In this document: piece by piece, positions 39,920 to 52,648 of the stretch
Numbering within the stretch: the stretch's first letter is position 1
How the letters are laid out: every line of letters starts with the position of its first letter
DNA from: Sarea resinae
Taxonomy: Eukaryota
Assembly: GCA_026026165.1 (NCBI GenBank)
Contig: JAPEUD010000035.1
Coordinates: 124,001-188,000, forward strand
Length of the DNA: 64,000 nucleotides
Direction: 5' to 3'
Made by a program: the position numbers and the translations under genes
The notes under the pieces: generated by a model
What the model was told of the DNA's origin: nothing
The model's database searches: none
What the model saw: only the letters and a program-made list of their open reading frames with translations

Positions 39920-41610
39920 ATGGCGCAAAAGCGCAAAAATGCTTCGACTTCCTCGACGAATGACTCTCCTCACAAACGGGCGCACCTCTCATCCGAGAAT
40001 GAAAACCGCTCTCCGTTCTCAAGCGTCACACCTCGCACCGACCCGAGCTCAGGCCAGCGCAGTGCGTTTCCTGGACTCGACGACGGAGATGCCTCTGAGC
40101 CGTTCTATGGCCCTGCCAATGACGGGATCGATTACCTGAAGATGGTCAGGTGGGTAGTCTTTTCCTGTCTCCTTTCCATCTCTCTTCTGCTCCGTTCTTC
40201 TTTGTGGGCACCCGGGCTAAAGCTTTCATATCTCTCTCCGCTTCTCGAAGACCTTGCTTCCAATTCTTCCCTCGCTGATGGGTAGGTCTCGCGCGTAGAT
40301 CCGAAGCCAAGGGCGTGCCGAGTCTTCTCGTCGCTCCGAAGCAGCCTGGGATTGAAGAACAACAGTCCATTTACGAGTCCGGTGTCGGCGATGCTCGGGG
40401 CTACTACTTCGATGGCGCATACACCGCTGCTCCGGCTGTTTTATCCACGGTACAGACGCGAGCGGGCCAGCGAGACGAGGGAGGAAACGATGGCCCTACC
40501 GATCCACAAGACGCCTATTACACTTCTCTCCTCGCGCGCTTCGACCTTCATACCTCGCATCTCCACCTGCCTCCGCCCGCAGCCGCCATCGCCGCCCTCG
40601 ACGACAGCCATCCCATCACCCTGCCCCAGAATTCCCACGTCGCATTCACCCAGTGGCGCCAGCTCTTACAATCCACCGACCCTGCTCCCGCGCAGCTTGC
40701 AAGCATGGACCAGGACACCGTGCTACGGCTTCTACAGATGACGACGGGTATGGTGAAGCGGAGGAAGGAGATCGAGCCCAGGCTTAGTACGTGGGTATGG
40801 GCACTGCTGGGGAGATTGAGAGAGGTGGGCTGTCTAGGGAGTGAGGAGGTTGCGGTGGTGCGGGAATTAGGGAAGAAGGCCGTGGATGTGAGGAGGACCT
40901 TTATTGGGTGGAGGCCGGAAGCGGAGGAGGATACAGAGGAGGCAGAGGAAGAGGAAGAGGAAGAGGAGGAAGGAAAAGAGAAGAATGAAGAGGAGGCTGA
41001 ATCGAAATTTGGAGTCATTCGCGACAGAAGTACAAACGCCGAAAAAGAAGCCGATGGCATCGACCAAGACACTCATGCAGCCCCCCTCTCTCAAACCGAA
41101 AATGAAGAAGTATATCCTCCCCCCGCACCCTATAGCGAAATCAACACAACAGCCACAGCCACACCCACACCCGCCGAGAATTCCCCTCCCAATCTCTCTC
41201 TCGCCGACCCCTCCCTCGACCTCGCAGCAGCTAAAGCCCGTCTCCTAGCCCAAGTCACCGATCCCGGCCCCTCCTCCTCACCATCACCATCCTCGCCCTC
41301 GCATCCACCGCACCTTTCAGCATCCTCCGCGACCGCTCTTCCGATCAAGAGGACAAAGACTCGGACGCCGACGCAGGAAAAGGCTACGAGTGTCCCGATG
41401 GTCGACGCCAACACGCTCGCCACGCTCGACATGATCGTCACGGTCGTCGGGGACTGTTACGGCCAGCGCGATCTCTTGGAGTTTCGGGATTTGTGGGATG
41501 AGGAAGACAACCATGAAGATATGGGTGGGAATGGGGATGTGGACGTGGACGTGGACAGGGATGGGGAGGAGGGTGTAGAGGAGGGAGAGGTGGAAGGAGG
41601 TGAAGAATAA
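39920..41610 (+). CDS. Probable Gemin2/Brr1-family snRNP assembly protein (2 exons, intron 40150-40298)
   Basis: DPSSGQRSAFPGLD..GPANDGIDYLKMVR|SEA, STWVWALLGRL..E.AVVREL and a C-terminal IVTVVGDCYGQRDLL resemble Gemin2 motifs (YL..VR.EA, W.YALL..L, ..YFGQ.DL). Confidence 0.72.
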
Positions 41611-41951
41611 AGAGAGTATGATAATGAGCTCGAGGCATAAGAACAGGATAGGGCTGGATCTAGATCCAGTTCAGAGACGTGTACGACGGAGACTACGGAC
41701 GAGCGTTCCAGGGGGATTTTTTTTTCTGTTCAGAAACTAATGATATTGAGCTTTCCCTGAGGGCCGGTTCCTGTCTAATGTCTTCCTGCCCCTTTCTCTG
41801 CCCTGTATGATATGACATCAAATGGTATGATGCATCCAATCACTATCGCTATCGTATTATATCGTATCGTAACGTAACGTAACGTATCGTATCGTATTCC
41901 GGTCGTGGCAGTCGTGGCAGTCGTGATAGTCGGTCGTAGTATCCTTTCGAC

Positions 41952-43578
41952 TCACGCATCAAACGTCCACACGCCCACGCTCTCATCGTCTAGGTATCCC
42001 GCATCCCCTGCACCGCCACCGACACAACTGCTCCCAACCCCCTCCTCCCCATCCCCATCCCCATCCGCATCTGTGTCCCCATCCTCACTCGCACTCCCAC
42101 TCCCACCGCCCCGACCACCGCTCCCACCACTACCATCCCTCTCCTCCCTCCGCTCCTCCTCGTTCTGCTCCAGCAAGAACGCCAAATCCGCCATATCGCG
42201 CCGGAGCTTCGCGCCGGCCGTCCAGCCCGCCGCCCGGCTGACCCGCACGCGGCGCAGGTCGGCGAAGAAGCCGCCGAAGACGGCCAGGTAGATGTCGTTG
42301 GGCGTGACGCGGCGGCCGAAGCGCTCGTCGATGGCGTCGCCGGAGGCGTGCAGTTCGAGCGAGCGGAGAGGGTGGTGGGTGCGTTGGTTGTTGTGGCGGC
42401 TGGTGGTGGTGCCGTTGGAGGGGGAAGGGGAAGAGGGGTGGGGGAGATGCTGCTGCTGCTGCTGCTGGTGGTGATTAAGCTGGGGGTGATCAAGGTGGTG
42501 GTGGTGATGGTGGATGCGCGGCAGTTCCGCGTCGAAAAAGGCCCGTGTGATGTAGTCCAGCGACACGGCCACGGAGACGAGGTGCGGACACGCCAGGGGC
42601 AGGTTATCGAGGTCGCCCCTGGCGAGCGCGCGCATCGGGTGAGTGATCGACACGTGCGTCAGCGTGTGCGCCGGGGGCGAGAGCCGGGCCAGCAGCGTGG
42701 ACACGGCGTCGTGCGTCAGGTGCGGGCAGTGCGTCAGGGTCAGCGAGGTCAGGGTGCTGGGGAAGTCGTCCAGTTGGTCGTACAGCACGGCGAGTGAGAT
42801 GCCGCCAACTAGGTTGAGCGTCTTGAGCGCTGGAGGCCAGGTCGGGCGGAGGAGCGGGTTGGTTGGGTATGTCAGGGTCGAGCGGGGGAAGGTCAGGGAG
42901 GTGAGCTGTGGGAGGGAGGAGATCGAGGCGAAGAGCGTGGCGAGGGAGAGCGATTCCGAGACCAGGGAGAGGTCGAGCGTGCGGAGTCGTTGGCATTTCG
43001 ACAGGGGCGCGAAGCAGTTGATACTGTTTGTTGGCTTTTAGTCGGCCTGACTGAAGCCATCTTTAAGAGGGGAAACAATCATACGCAAACGAGGCCTGCG
43101 GGGCCGTGAAAGACTCCAGGTTGCCCTTCATCCTGCCCAGTAGTCTAGCCGTCAAGCTCTTGCTGCCGTCATGCACCAGATTGCCCATGTCGAGCGTGTG
43201 CACCAATTCCGCGAGCTCGCTTCTGCGGATATGCGCGTTGATGGATGGACAGACGGTGGCGACGAACTGCTTGAAGTTCTTGCCCGTGATGTAGGGGCGG
43301 TGGTAGAGAAAGGCCACGGCGGCCGAGTACCATTGTCGGGAGACAAGACAGCAGGAGTAGAAGGTGTGTTGCGAGACTCGACTGGGTGGCATGTGTGAGA
43401 GGATCTGGATGATCAACTCCGTGGGCAGCGGAATCGGTTCTCTTGGAGGGTCGGAGGGCGTATGTTTGGAGGCGGGTGCGGCGTCATTGGCTTCAGTGGC
43501 GTTGGCTCGTCGGAGCGTCGCGTTGGCTGATTCTGCCATGGCGACGGTCCAGTTGAGATCTGCATCTAAGGCTGCCAT
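41952..43578 (-). CDS. F-box / leucine-rich-repeat protein (2 exons, intron 43024-43084)
   Basis: F-box LPTELIIQILSH..CCLVSRQWY is followed by LRR-like units (LRTLDLS, LTSLTL, LRSLEL). It has poly-His/Gln and Gly/Asp low-complexity inserts. Confidence 0.85.
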
Positions 43579-44092
43579 GTGGCAGAAACTCGAATATGTG
43601 ATGCTTGGGTGCTGGAGAGCGAAAGATCGATTGCGCTCTAAATCGAGCAGCGTTGATCAGTGAGTGAGGGGCTCGTGTGTAGGGGGCGCATTGATGCTTA
43701 CTTCATTGAAGATGATGTGAGCTTATTGCAGACTGCTCGTCTCGTGGGATAAACTGTCGCAAACCAGGAAATAATGTCCTGGGAGGTGGAGATGGTCAAC
43801 TGGAGGAGAGGAATGCTGGTTCGCGATAAGGTCGTCGTATGATGCTATCGTCTATCTTCGCTGTACGATCGAAGTTACTCCGATATCTACACTCGGTAAT
43901 CTCGTAATCTCACACGCGGGGACGCCGTCAGGCAGATCTTCCTGCGATAAACAGTACGTGGAGACAGCTGGCCATACGAGGCGCTTGAGAGAATCGTCTG
44001 TAAGATGGAAACATTAGAAGCAAAGTAGTCTACAATCTATCGAGATATCGAAAAAGGCTGTCGCTGCGCTGGAGGAAAGCAACGGCCGCACT

Positions 44093-45495
44093 CTACTCCT
44101 TTGGCACCTCCCAGCCCGACTGACCAAGACCCCATCGCACGCCGTCCCAGACGTCGTCAACAATCACTCTCGGCCTCCACGACGGCTCTCCACCCTGAAA
44201 GACGCCACTCCTGACGAGGACGGAATACCACTCACTGCCAAAGGGGCTATTGTATTGATTGCCGCCTCGGATATCCGACTAGAGGACATAGTTAGGCTGT
44301 GATTTCTGGAGATCAGCGACAGACATACCTCTGGATTGTCCCCGATCATGTAGACCCTCTTCAACGGACCGGCCGCTGGACTACGAAGCAGTCTCTCCCG
44401 ATGCGAGTTGAGCCGTTTCTCGGCAAACTCGTATGTTCCCTGGAATGGCTTTCCAATGACTTCCTTCTGCAGCTCCACTCCCACGCGCGGCCCGCCCGTC
44501 ACAGCCGCCCACACGCCCTCTAGTGCCTCCCGGAAGCCGCCTTGGCCAAGTCGAGGAAGATGGTAGGCGGCCGCCCACCAGAGATCGGGATTGGAGAAGT
44601 ACAGGGGCGGTTGGCCATCTTGCTGATAGCCTCGATTCGACAGGTTCGGATCGCCGTTCTTGGGCGAAGTCGTGCCCAGAACACCTCCGGACGATAGGAG
44701 AAGGTCGACTATCACTTGCGTGTCGAGAGCCCAGTCTCTTGAGTCGTTGAAGACAAACACAGCATCAATCTTGAGACTTTTGGACGGATCATCTGGGTTG
44801 ATTGGTGCAGGTATTGGCCTCGCGAAGCTTTTGTAATAGTCCCCAAACACTTGTGAGAATGGCCAAATAGAGGGATGCGCTGCGAAGATGTCGCCTGGTG
44901 TGACTACATGTCGAAAGCCGTATCTACCCACCTTTGGTCAGCTCTTGTTTCGCTAGGTATGGAGATTTTCACAAACTTATGAGCCACATCTTGGCATTGG
45001 TCTCCATCCCCGCCAACAACAAGCACGCATTTATCCTTCAGACCCTCCTTCTGGTCTTTGCCCTCTACCAGATCCGCAAATGGCGTATGACTTTGTATAA
45101 ACAGTCCTGTATCGAGCGGCACTTCAAGTCTGTCGGAGAGCTCTGCAACCCTGGCCGTTTCGCTCTTGCCACCACCGTTCGTCAAGAGTATAAAGGGGAT
45201 GCCATTTTTCTGGAGATAAGATAGTGTCTTATGGGCCCGGGGAAGTGGACTTGAACTACGAAGCAGAACACCATCAATGCTTATACAGGTCAGTAATCTG
45301 ACTCTCCTTCATACTGTCATTAACGTACTCGAATGCGAAAGCAAAATCCGGTATCCGTGAAGGCGAACCGCTGCCGGTCTGAAAGAAGCGCGCTTTCGAG
45401 TGAGATTGCTGCACACGAGACGTTGACGCCAGTGGCGCAAGCCGACCTCGCCGGCAAGCAAGCCCTACATATGGCCGTGATATGCAAGCAGCCAT
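44093..45495 (-). CDS. HAD-superfamily subfamily IIA hydrolase, CECR5/HDHD5-like, probably mitochondrial (4 exons)
   Basis: An Arg/Ser-rich presequence, motif I FAFAFD|IDGVL, LLTNGGG, NPDLWW, GKP and YMIGDNPE|SDI. Confidence 0.9.
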
Positions 45496-45760
45496 GTTCA
45501 CTATTGGCAGTAATTGAACGTCTCTGTCAACAATCGCGACACGGCCTCAGACAACATAATTATGTATTGACAAGGTCGAAGCCGATCCGAGGTTGACGGC
45601 AATTCCCGTCACGTTCGCCTTGAACATCGGACTTTCTTCCGGTCCGAGCCTGAAACCGGCCCGAGTATTTAGACTCAATTGGAACCAACATCCAATGACA
45701 ACACAAAGACAATTTGTTTTGATTTGTATTTTCAGCACCAGAAGCCTATATTTCGGGCCC

Positions 45761-47057
45761 TTAATCATTCCAGATGACGCAAGTAACTTCTCCGTGCACA
45801 TGAGCCTCCGCGACGAGATCTCCTATTTCGCCAGTCTTGACATTTCGATCCAGAACAACAACACGGCTACTCCGCTGAAGTGCTACTGCGATCAGACTCC
45901 CGTCCTTGTTGATGGAGAACTGACGCGGAAAACTCCCACCCGCTGCATGGAGCCCCAAGAAGTCTAAAGTACCATCCGGTCTGATCCTATACTGAGCGAG
46001 CGAGTCGGATCGTTCTACTGTCGACTCCATGGTGCCATCTTGTTCGAAGGGAAAAGAAGAATCATTCCTATTTGAAAGGAGTAGAAATCTGTTATCGGGC
46101 TATGTAACGGTTAGGCTTACCATAGTGATATGTTGCCAGGAACAAAAACTTACGGAAATAGCTATCTCAGCAGCAGCAGCCCCTACTGGCGCGACTTTAC
46201 TGCCAAACGTGCTTGTCGTGTATACCTTGGCAAAGGCAAGCTCTCCATCCTCAAGGTAAGTCACAGAATAAGCGGTGACTGTGTTGGCTAGCTCTGTGAT
46301 AACGTAAAGGTACACATCTTCGGTGCCACGACCGTTCTCCGTCGACCAGAAGACAGCATGGCGTGGACCTGACCCCGGGCTGACTTTCAGAGGCGCACAG
46401 GGGCGCAGAGATTGGGTGACTGAGTCTCGGAGGAAGACTCGCACTAGATCTGCCCCGAGATCAGGCACTAGAATGTAATGTCCCGTGGGATCGGTGATGG
46501 CTTGGTGGGGGTGAGACGCTTCCTGGCGGTCCGGAACGGGCCCAGGAATAGGTAGAGTGAAAGCCAGGGTCTCTAGAGAAATCAAAGTTCCCTGTTCATT
46601 GAGCCCGTAGACACTGACCGCGCTCCCTCCACTGGACGAGTCTCAGTATCGAAAAGTCTGTTCGAAACAGGAACACGTACTAATGGGCTATAGCTAGAGC
46701 CTTGCGTCCATATTCCCCTCCATAGATCACCGCACTTACTCCGCCTACGACAGTCTCTTGCCTCGACAATGTTTCTAGCGAGCCGTCCTCGTGTGCTCTA
46801 TATGAGGCCACACTTCCTGTTGGAACGAGTAGTCCTTCATCAACACCATAAAGAATATTGTTCTCACGGTCGAGGGTCAGCCATGCCGGACTTGGAGCAG
46901 AGTCACCGATTGAGAACATCTCAGATAGGGCATATACCCCGTTTGACCGCCTCGAGAGGGAAAATGACGTGATGTTACCCGAGTATGAGGAAACGTAGAG
47001 CTTCATGGCGAGGCTGCTGGTGACGGCCATCATGAGGACAAGTAACGACCGCATCAT
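45761..47057 (-). CDS. Secreted 7-bladed beta-propeller lactonase (6-phosphogluconolactonase / carboxymuconate cyclase family), 3 exons
   Basis: Signal peptide MMRSLLVLMMAVTSSLA, RQEASHPHQ..DPTG..LVPDLGADLVR, GSGPRH, AAEIAIS|PDNRFL..SNR and GGSFPRQF. Confidence 0.88.
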
Positions 47058-47468
47058 GAAGGACACAACGGTGCTTCACTATAGGACACCCTAGGCTGGA
47101 GGTATCTCAGGGCAGGTGTTGAAAGGCCATCAGTGACGCCGAGCAGGATTCTACATGGCACGTATGAAGTGGCGGACAGGTCAGAGTCAACGAACGTGAC
47201 TGGGATGTTCCACAAACAGCACAAACAGGCCAGGCATTTTCTGTTGGGCCTGACTCGATCAGAAGCTACCAGACCCGACGGCAGGACCCGACAGCAGCTG
47301 TCTTCTCAGACGAGAACCTACCGTAAGCTCCAGGAGAACTCATCAAGTAAATGGGGGAGAGTTGAAATTGGCCATCCGTGTGCTTGAAATCGATCCATGT
47401 CATGCAGGTACAGAAATGATCCATGCCCTGAGATTTACCGTTCTCGCGTCTACGTCGTAGGTGTCGCT

Positions 47469-47519
47469 GAAGTACCAAGTACGAAGTACCAAGTACGAAG
47501 TACCAAGTACGAAGTACCC
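47469..47519. repeat. Tandem heptamer repeat AAGTAC(C/G), about 7 copies
   Basis: aagtacc aagtacg aagtacc aagtacg aagtacc aagtacg aagtacc read directly. Confidence 0.9.
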
Positions 47520-48398
47520 ACACCAAGAAGAGACCGTCAAAGCGCAAGGGTCGTCGAGACACGTCCCAGACGTCACCTCCACTCATATAATAGAAGATTC
47601 GCGTCCGAGCTCCATTCTAGCTTCCGTCGTTCTTCTGCAAGAACTTTATCTGCAAGAGGCACTCATCAATGACGGGCATCTGTCTATATGAAGCTCTCTA
47701 TGAGCACTGATCAATATGATTGAACTCACGTCGAGAAGTCCTACGGAAGTCGTAGCAGCGACAGCGGGTATCTGGTGCACTGCCAAATAGGAACGTCAGG
47801 ACTACTCTTTTCGGAGTGGCACTGGCGATTGCTTTGAACGTGATTGCTGCCATATTGACAAAGCAGGCCGCTTTCACGCCGTTGGGAAAAACGCTATTAC
47901 TCAGTGCTCAATTGGCCGTCAAAGGGGACGGCTCGTCGTCTCCATTCATCATGGAGTGGAATGGTATCAAGGGAAAGAGCCGTGAAGGCTGGCTGTTGCT
48001 ACAAATGGATCAGCTTCCCGTTTTTGACCTTCACCGGAGGCGCCCAAAAGGCTCTCAGTGGTGTCTGGCATGTCGCGTCTTGCTTCATCACGTCCTCGTA
48101 CCCTCTACTGTATCCAACGAGTGCTACTTCCCAGCTTCCACAGAAAGTCTTCCTACCTTCTTATTCCATGTGAAGCTCAGCAACTGTCACCGTACGCTCT
48201 CTAGTCTGATACTCGACTTCCTGCCTTCACCACCATTGATTGTAACTTGTTTCATATCACATCTTGCCTTGATTGAGCACCTTCAATCATTGCCCTCCAT
48301 GTAAAGACTGAACCTCGCACTTCAAAACTCCCTCAACATTCAGCCTCGTTCTCGTTGGTGTTTGCACTTTGAAGCTATCATCACTCTCAGAATCCAAT

Positions 48399-50949
48399 CT
48401 GGCGGGCAGATCACGAGCTCGTCGTCGCCGTGAGTAGCTACCCACCTAGGCGTCTTTCAAGCATCAACAGCCTCCGCTAACGCGTCATCTTAGATCGAGG
48501 CGGTCGACACGCTCAAGCAAACCTCGGACACGTTCAACCGCAGCGTGCTCCACTCGGCCCGTCTACAGGTCGCGTGGTGGAGAATCCATACTCTCACATT
48601 CGCATCCTCTCTCACCCGGCACCTCAACCTTCAAGCTTCAGGCGGAACTCTGACACCGAGCCGACATTCAGACGTCCATCTCACATGATGGAAGCTCGAG
48701 GAGGTCGGCAAGAACAGTCGAAGCTTCAGTCGAACAACATCTACTCCATCATCGCTTCCTCGGACCCTCCACTGACGGTACAGGAATCATCTACGTCTCA
48801 CCGTGATCCTGACCAGCCTCAAGTCACTAGAGGTCGGTCAAAGTCTCGCACACGTGCCAAAGGTGGGAAACTCTGGAGACCTCTCAATATGGAAGAACTG
48901 GGTGGCAGCCCTCTGAAATACTCAGTGCCAATCAACCATACCGATCTCGAGTCAGCTCCGTCTGGGTATACCTCCGACTGCAGCGACAGCAACAGTGGGC
49001 TTAGAATGCAAGAGAATGTCAAACTCCCTTGGCCTAATAGATCCCGTGTGAGGGAAGGCTCGCCACTTCGGAATGAGATTTCTAGTCCGGACCTGCAAGA
49101 TCTACCGAATAGTCGAGAACAGATTCGAGCCCAGTGGGACATCGAGGAGTGGACCCAACATTCTGGAGAGCTCTTTGAAGATCCTGTCGAAATGGAGAAC
49201 ATTTTTAGGCAAGCTATTCATAGCTATCATATACATCCTATCGAGATTGATCGTCTAATAAAGCCGTCTAGGAATGACAAGTATCCTTCCGAGATAGAGC
49301 TTCTTGCTCAACGGCCTGCCAAGGCCACTGTTGCTGCCAAGAATGAACACCATATTCAACTTGCTCGCAGTGACAAGCGCAGTATCCAAATCGATGATCC
49401 ATTGCTTGCTCCCCGGTCTGGCAATGAACACAACCTGTTCAGGAGAGCGGTTCATGGAAAGGACAAAGATCCCGCCTTCAAACAATTGCCATTGACGGTT
49501 GATTCTGTTTCTCTTCCTCGTCGCCCTGCAACGACGATTTCCTCCCGTGATTCCAGCAAGCAGACTACTAGCCCTATTGGCGTATCGGAGGATCCATTTG
49601 TCGAGTCTTCTTTCAACGGGGATGACAGTAACTTTCTCAAATGGAAAGAAGAACAACGGAAACATAATAAAGAGGTCGCTATCAAGAATTGGAAACATGA
49701 TAGGCAGAGGTGGGAAAAGGAGAATGAAAAGTCGAGAGAGGATGTGATTGAGGCGATACGTACGGCAGAAATTCGAAATGCCAACTCTGCACCTCTCCCC
49801 ATTGAGCCTTCTCGTTTGGACGCTCAGCTTTCCATCGCCGGTCAGCGAGCTTCAGACAGTGCCGAGTCTCTCGAAACCGTCCGACCTGGACCAGATAACT
49901 CCGTAACGCCCACTCAAAAGGATGCAGTCTATCAGAAATGGAAGCAAGTGATGGCCTCGAGAATTAGATTCGATGCTCAGTTTGATAGGGAAGCTTCCTC
50001 GTCCAGAACCGTTCTATACGACCCTGTCAAGCGTACTCCAGATGATCAACCCGTCACAGAGCGTTTTCCGGAGTTCGTCGAGGACAAACCAGGCACCCTG
50101 TCGGTCGCCCCACTCGAGGATCTGGGAACAAGTGACCCGCTGCCTTGGAAGGATAGACCTGTCGCCATACACACGGTCGTCACGCCGGTGCTCTCCAACG
50201 CCGAACTGGCGGAGCAATCCAAGCCTGTTTCTACCGAGTACGAAGAGTCGCAAGATGAAGACCATACCTGGATGCCCTCCATCATCTGTCCTCCGCAACG
50301 TCTTGAGAGCCTTCGTAATGCAGAATTATGGTGGACGACGGACAACCGTGGCGGGCGCGAACTCAGCGAACATCTCTACCGCGTTGCAGACAAAGACCTT
50401 CATAAGACGATGACAAAAGCCCAGAACTCCAAGCGTCCACGTACCTCGTCTAAAGATGGAGCCGCCACCTCAGATGATGCCGCCTCGGACACCACGGTCA
50501 TCGGTTCTGCGCCCATGGGGATATCTTCTGAGCCCGTCAACGGTCCCGCAGGGGATACGGTCAATCGTCTCCTCATCCCTCTCCTCAGCACGCTTCATGG
50601 CTACCTGTCCTCGCGGCCCGAGGCTCAACGTGGACGCTTCGGCAGCTTCGCTCGCGTTCCCGAATGGTGCATCGATAAGGGTGTTGGGGGGCTGAACTCA
50701 TTCTTTGGCGAGGATTGGGGCGCGCCGCCGCAGAGGGTCGGAAGGGATCCGAGATATAGGCCGCTTTCTACTATCGTCCGGGGTAGTGATGGTGTTGGCG
50801 GGGAAGGGAGATATGGTGGGGTTGGAGGCGGAGGTGGAGGCGCTGGTGGAGGAGGCTCGGGTGGCGCGGGCGTTGGAAGTGCTGGTTATGAGAGTGCGGG
50901 AATAGGAGTGGGAAGGGGACATGAAGGATGGGGAAGGCGGTTCCGCTAG
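48399..50949 (+). CDS. Hypothetical, largely disordered protein; first AUG at 48685, possible CUG start at 48399 (intron 48430-48493)
   Basis: Open frame of about 790 codons with a structured-looking C-terminal motif FARVPEWCID..NSFFGEDWGAPPQRVGRDPRYRP and a Gly-rich tail. The upstream intron is GTGAGT..GCTAAC..TAG. The start position is uncertain. Confidence 0.75.
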
Positions 50950-52640
50950 GAACGTACGTGGCGGCGGCGGCGGCGGGCTATGGCTCAAACCAAGTAGGAT
51001 GTGATTTGTTTGCGAAGCAGGCAGGGCTCTCTCTCTTTCTTTCTCCCTTGCTGTCTCACTGTTCCCTTTTGCTGTCTTGCGGTCTCTCTCCACCGCCCAT
51101 ATTCGCTCACTCATTGGCTCGGTCACTTGACCTGCAGAAGAAGGACAAATGAAACTGGAGATGAGAAATGGAAATGCGAATCGCAAGTGCAATTGAGAAT
51201 GAAAAGAAGCAAAAAGGTGAAAGTAAAAGGTGGTGGTGATGATGATGGTGACAATGGGGAAGCCAATGGGAAGGGCAGTGAAGCATCACGGTGAGTGAAC
51301 GGACTGCGCAGTGGAATGTCGAATGTCTCCTCCATGAGGTGGTGTACGCTGTACTCCGGAGTACTTCAATTCCGTAGTGCTCTGCTGGGGCCTGGGCCTG
51401 GTGGAAAGGACCTCGATCGAAGTACCTGTAAGGGGACCTCTTGGTAGGCCAGTACAGGCTCCTAGGTATCTGCCCGTCAGGGGCATGTCATCGTGATTTC
51501 TCTCTCTCCCCGCGCAAACGGAGCCCACCGGGAGTACCCAGCGCCACTTCCGTGTCAACCATGTCGGTGCTCTTCGTACGGCGCAGCTGGCGAAGGAAGC
51601 CGGAGCCGATGAGATGGCTATGACCTCATTGAAGCATGTGCCTACCTTACCTACTCCTACCATTACTATTTTTGCTCCTCGATGATACCCAAGGCTAGAG
51701 TAGTAGGTCAGGTACTAAAGCTGCCAAGTAGTAGCTTGCCTTCTTCATACGAAAAAGACTCGTTGGTGGAATTGGCTGGGGCGTGCAGCATACGGTACCT
51801 TAGGGGGGTGTTCCTGAATTAGAGTACGGAGCCCCCTAGGGCTACCAACTAGTAGGGAGGAAATGGAACTTAGGCTAAAGCTGCAGAGGAAGACGAAGCG
51901 ACCGGTGCGAACGACTGAATCATGAATCCTCGTCCTCGTCCTCTAGCACTCTACTCCGTACTACTCCGGAGTATGGTACTATTCTTATTACGAGGGGCTC
52001 AGCCCAGCGGAGCACGTCGCCACTCGGACTGGGCTCGGCGCTCTTGGCTCGAGGCTCTTGGCTCGAGGCTCGTGGTCGGCTGATGGTCTTGCTTGCTCGT
52101 CGCGCTGGACACGACCGCCCTTCTCTTCCACGGCCGTCGTGGACGCCGTGGACGACGTTACTCTGAATGAAGCATCGAAGCCGAGCGTGCATTTACCCAT
52201 TACGAATGCTGTTGTGAATGCTGTTACGAACCGAATGCTGTTACGAATGCTTTCACGAATGATGCCCTCCCCAAGTGCTTTGTCGAGTGTGTCTCGTGCG
52301 TCTCGTGTTGTCCGGCTCTAGATGAACTGTCAAACGACGTCGCTGCTCCTTCGTATTCCTCGTGTTCGCCGGCCTTTTTGGTGCTCGATACTGACCACTG
52401 ACTACTGACTACTGACCACTGATCACTGATCACTGATCACTGACGACTTCCTATGAACTGACCGCCTCGCTCTCTCGAACTTTTGCCTTTGGGTCCGTCT
52501 GGTCTCGTATCCGGCAGGTGCTGAACCGCGGCCGATGAGAGGGGCTTGGTCGTCGTCGCTGTCGTCATGATCGTCACTTCGAATTTTCCCTCGTATTTGA
52601 CTTCCCGCTAAGCATCATCTTCACCAGCTTCATCGAGGTC

Positions 52641-52648
52641 TATATAAA
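52641..52648 (+). promoter_or_regulatory. TATA box of the PhiA-like gene
   Basis: TATATAAA about 145 nt upstream of the ATG, followed by a C/A-rich leader. Confidence 0.6.

Noticed and set aside
47469..47519. Regular short repeats as a possible CRISPR-like array
   Set aside because: Contiguous heptamers with no spacers, in a eukaryotic genome.
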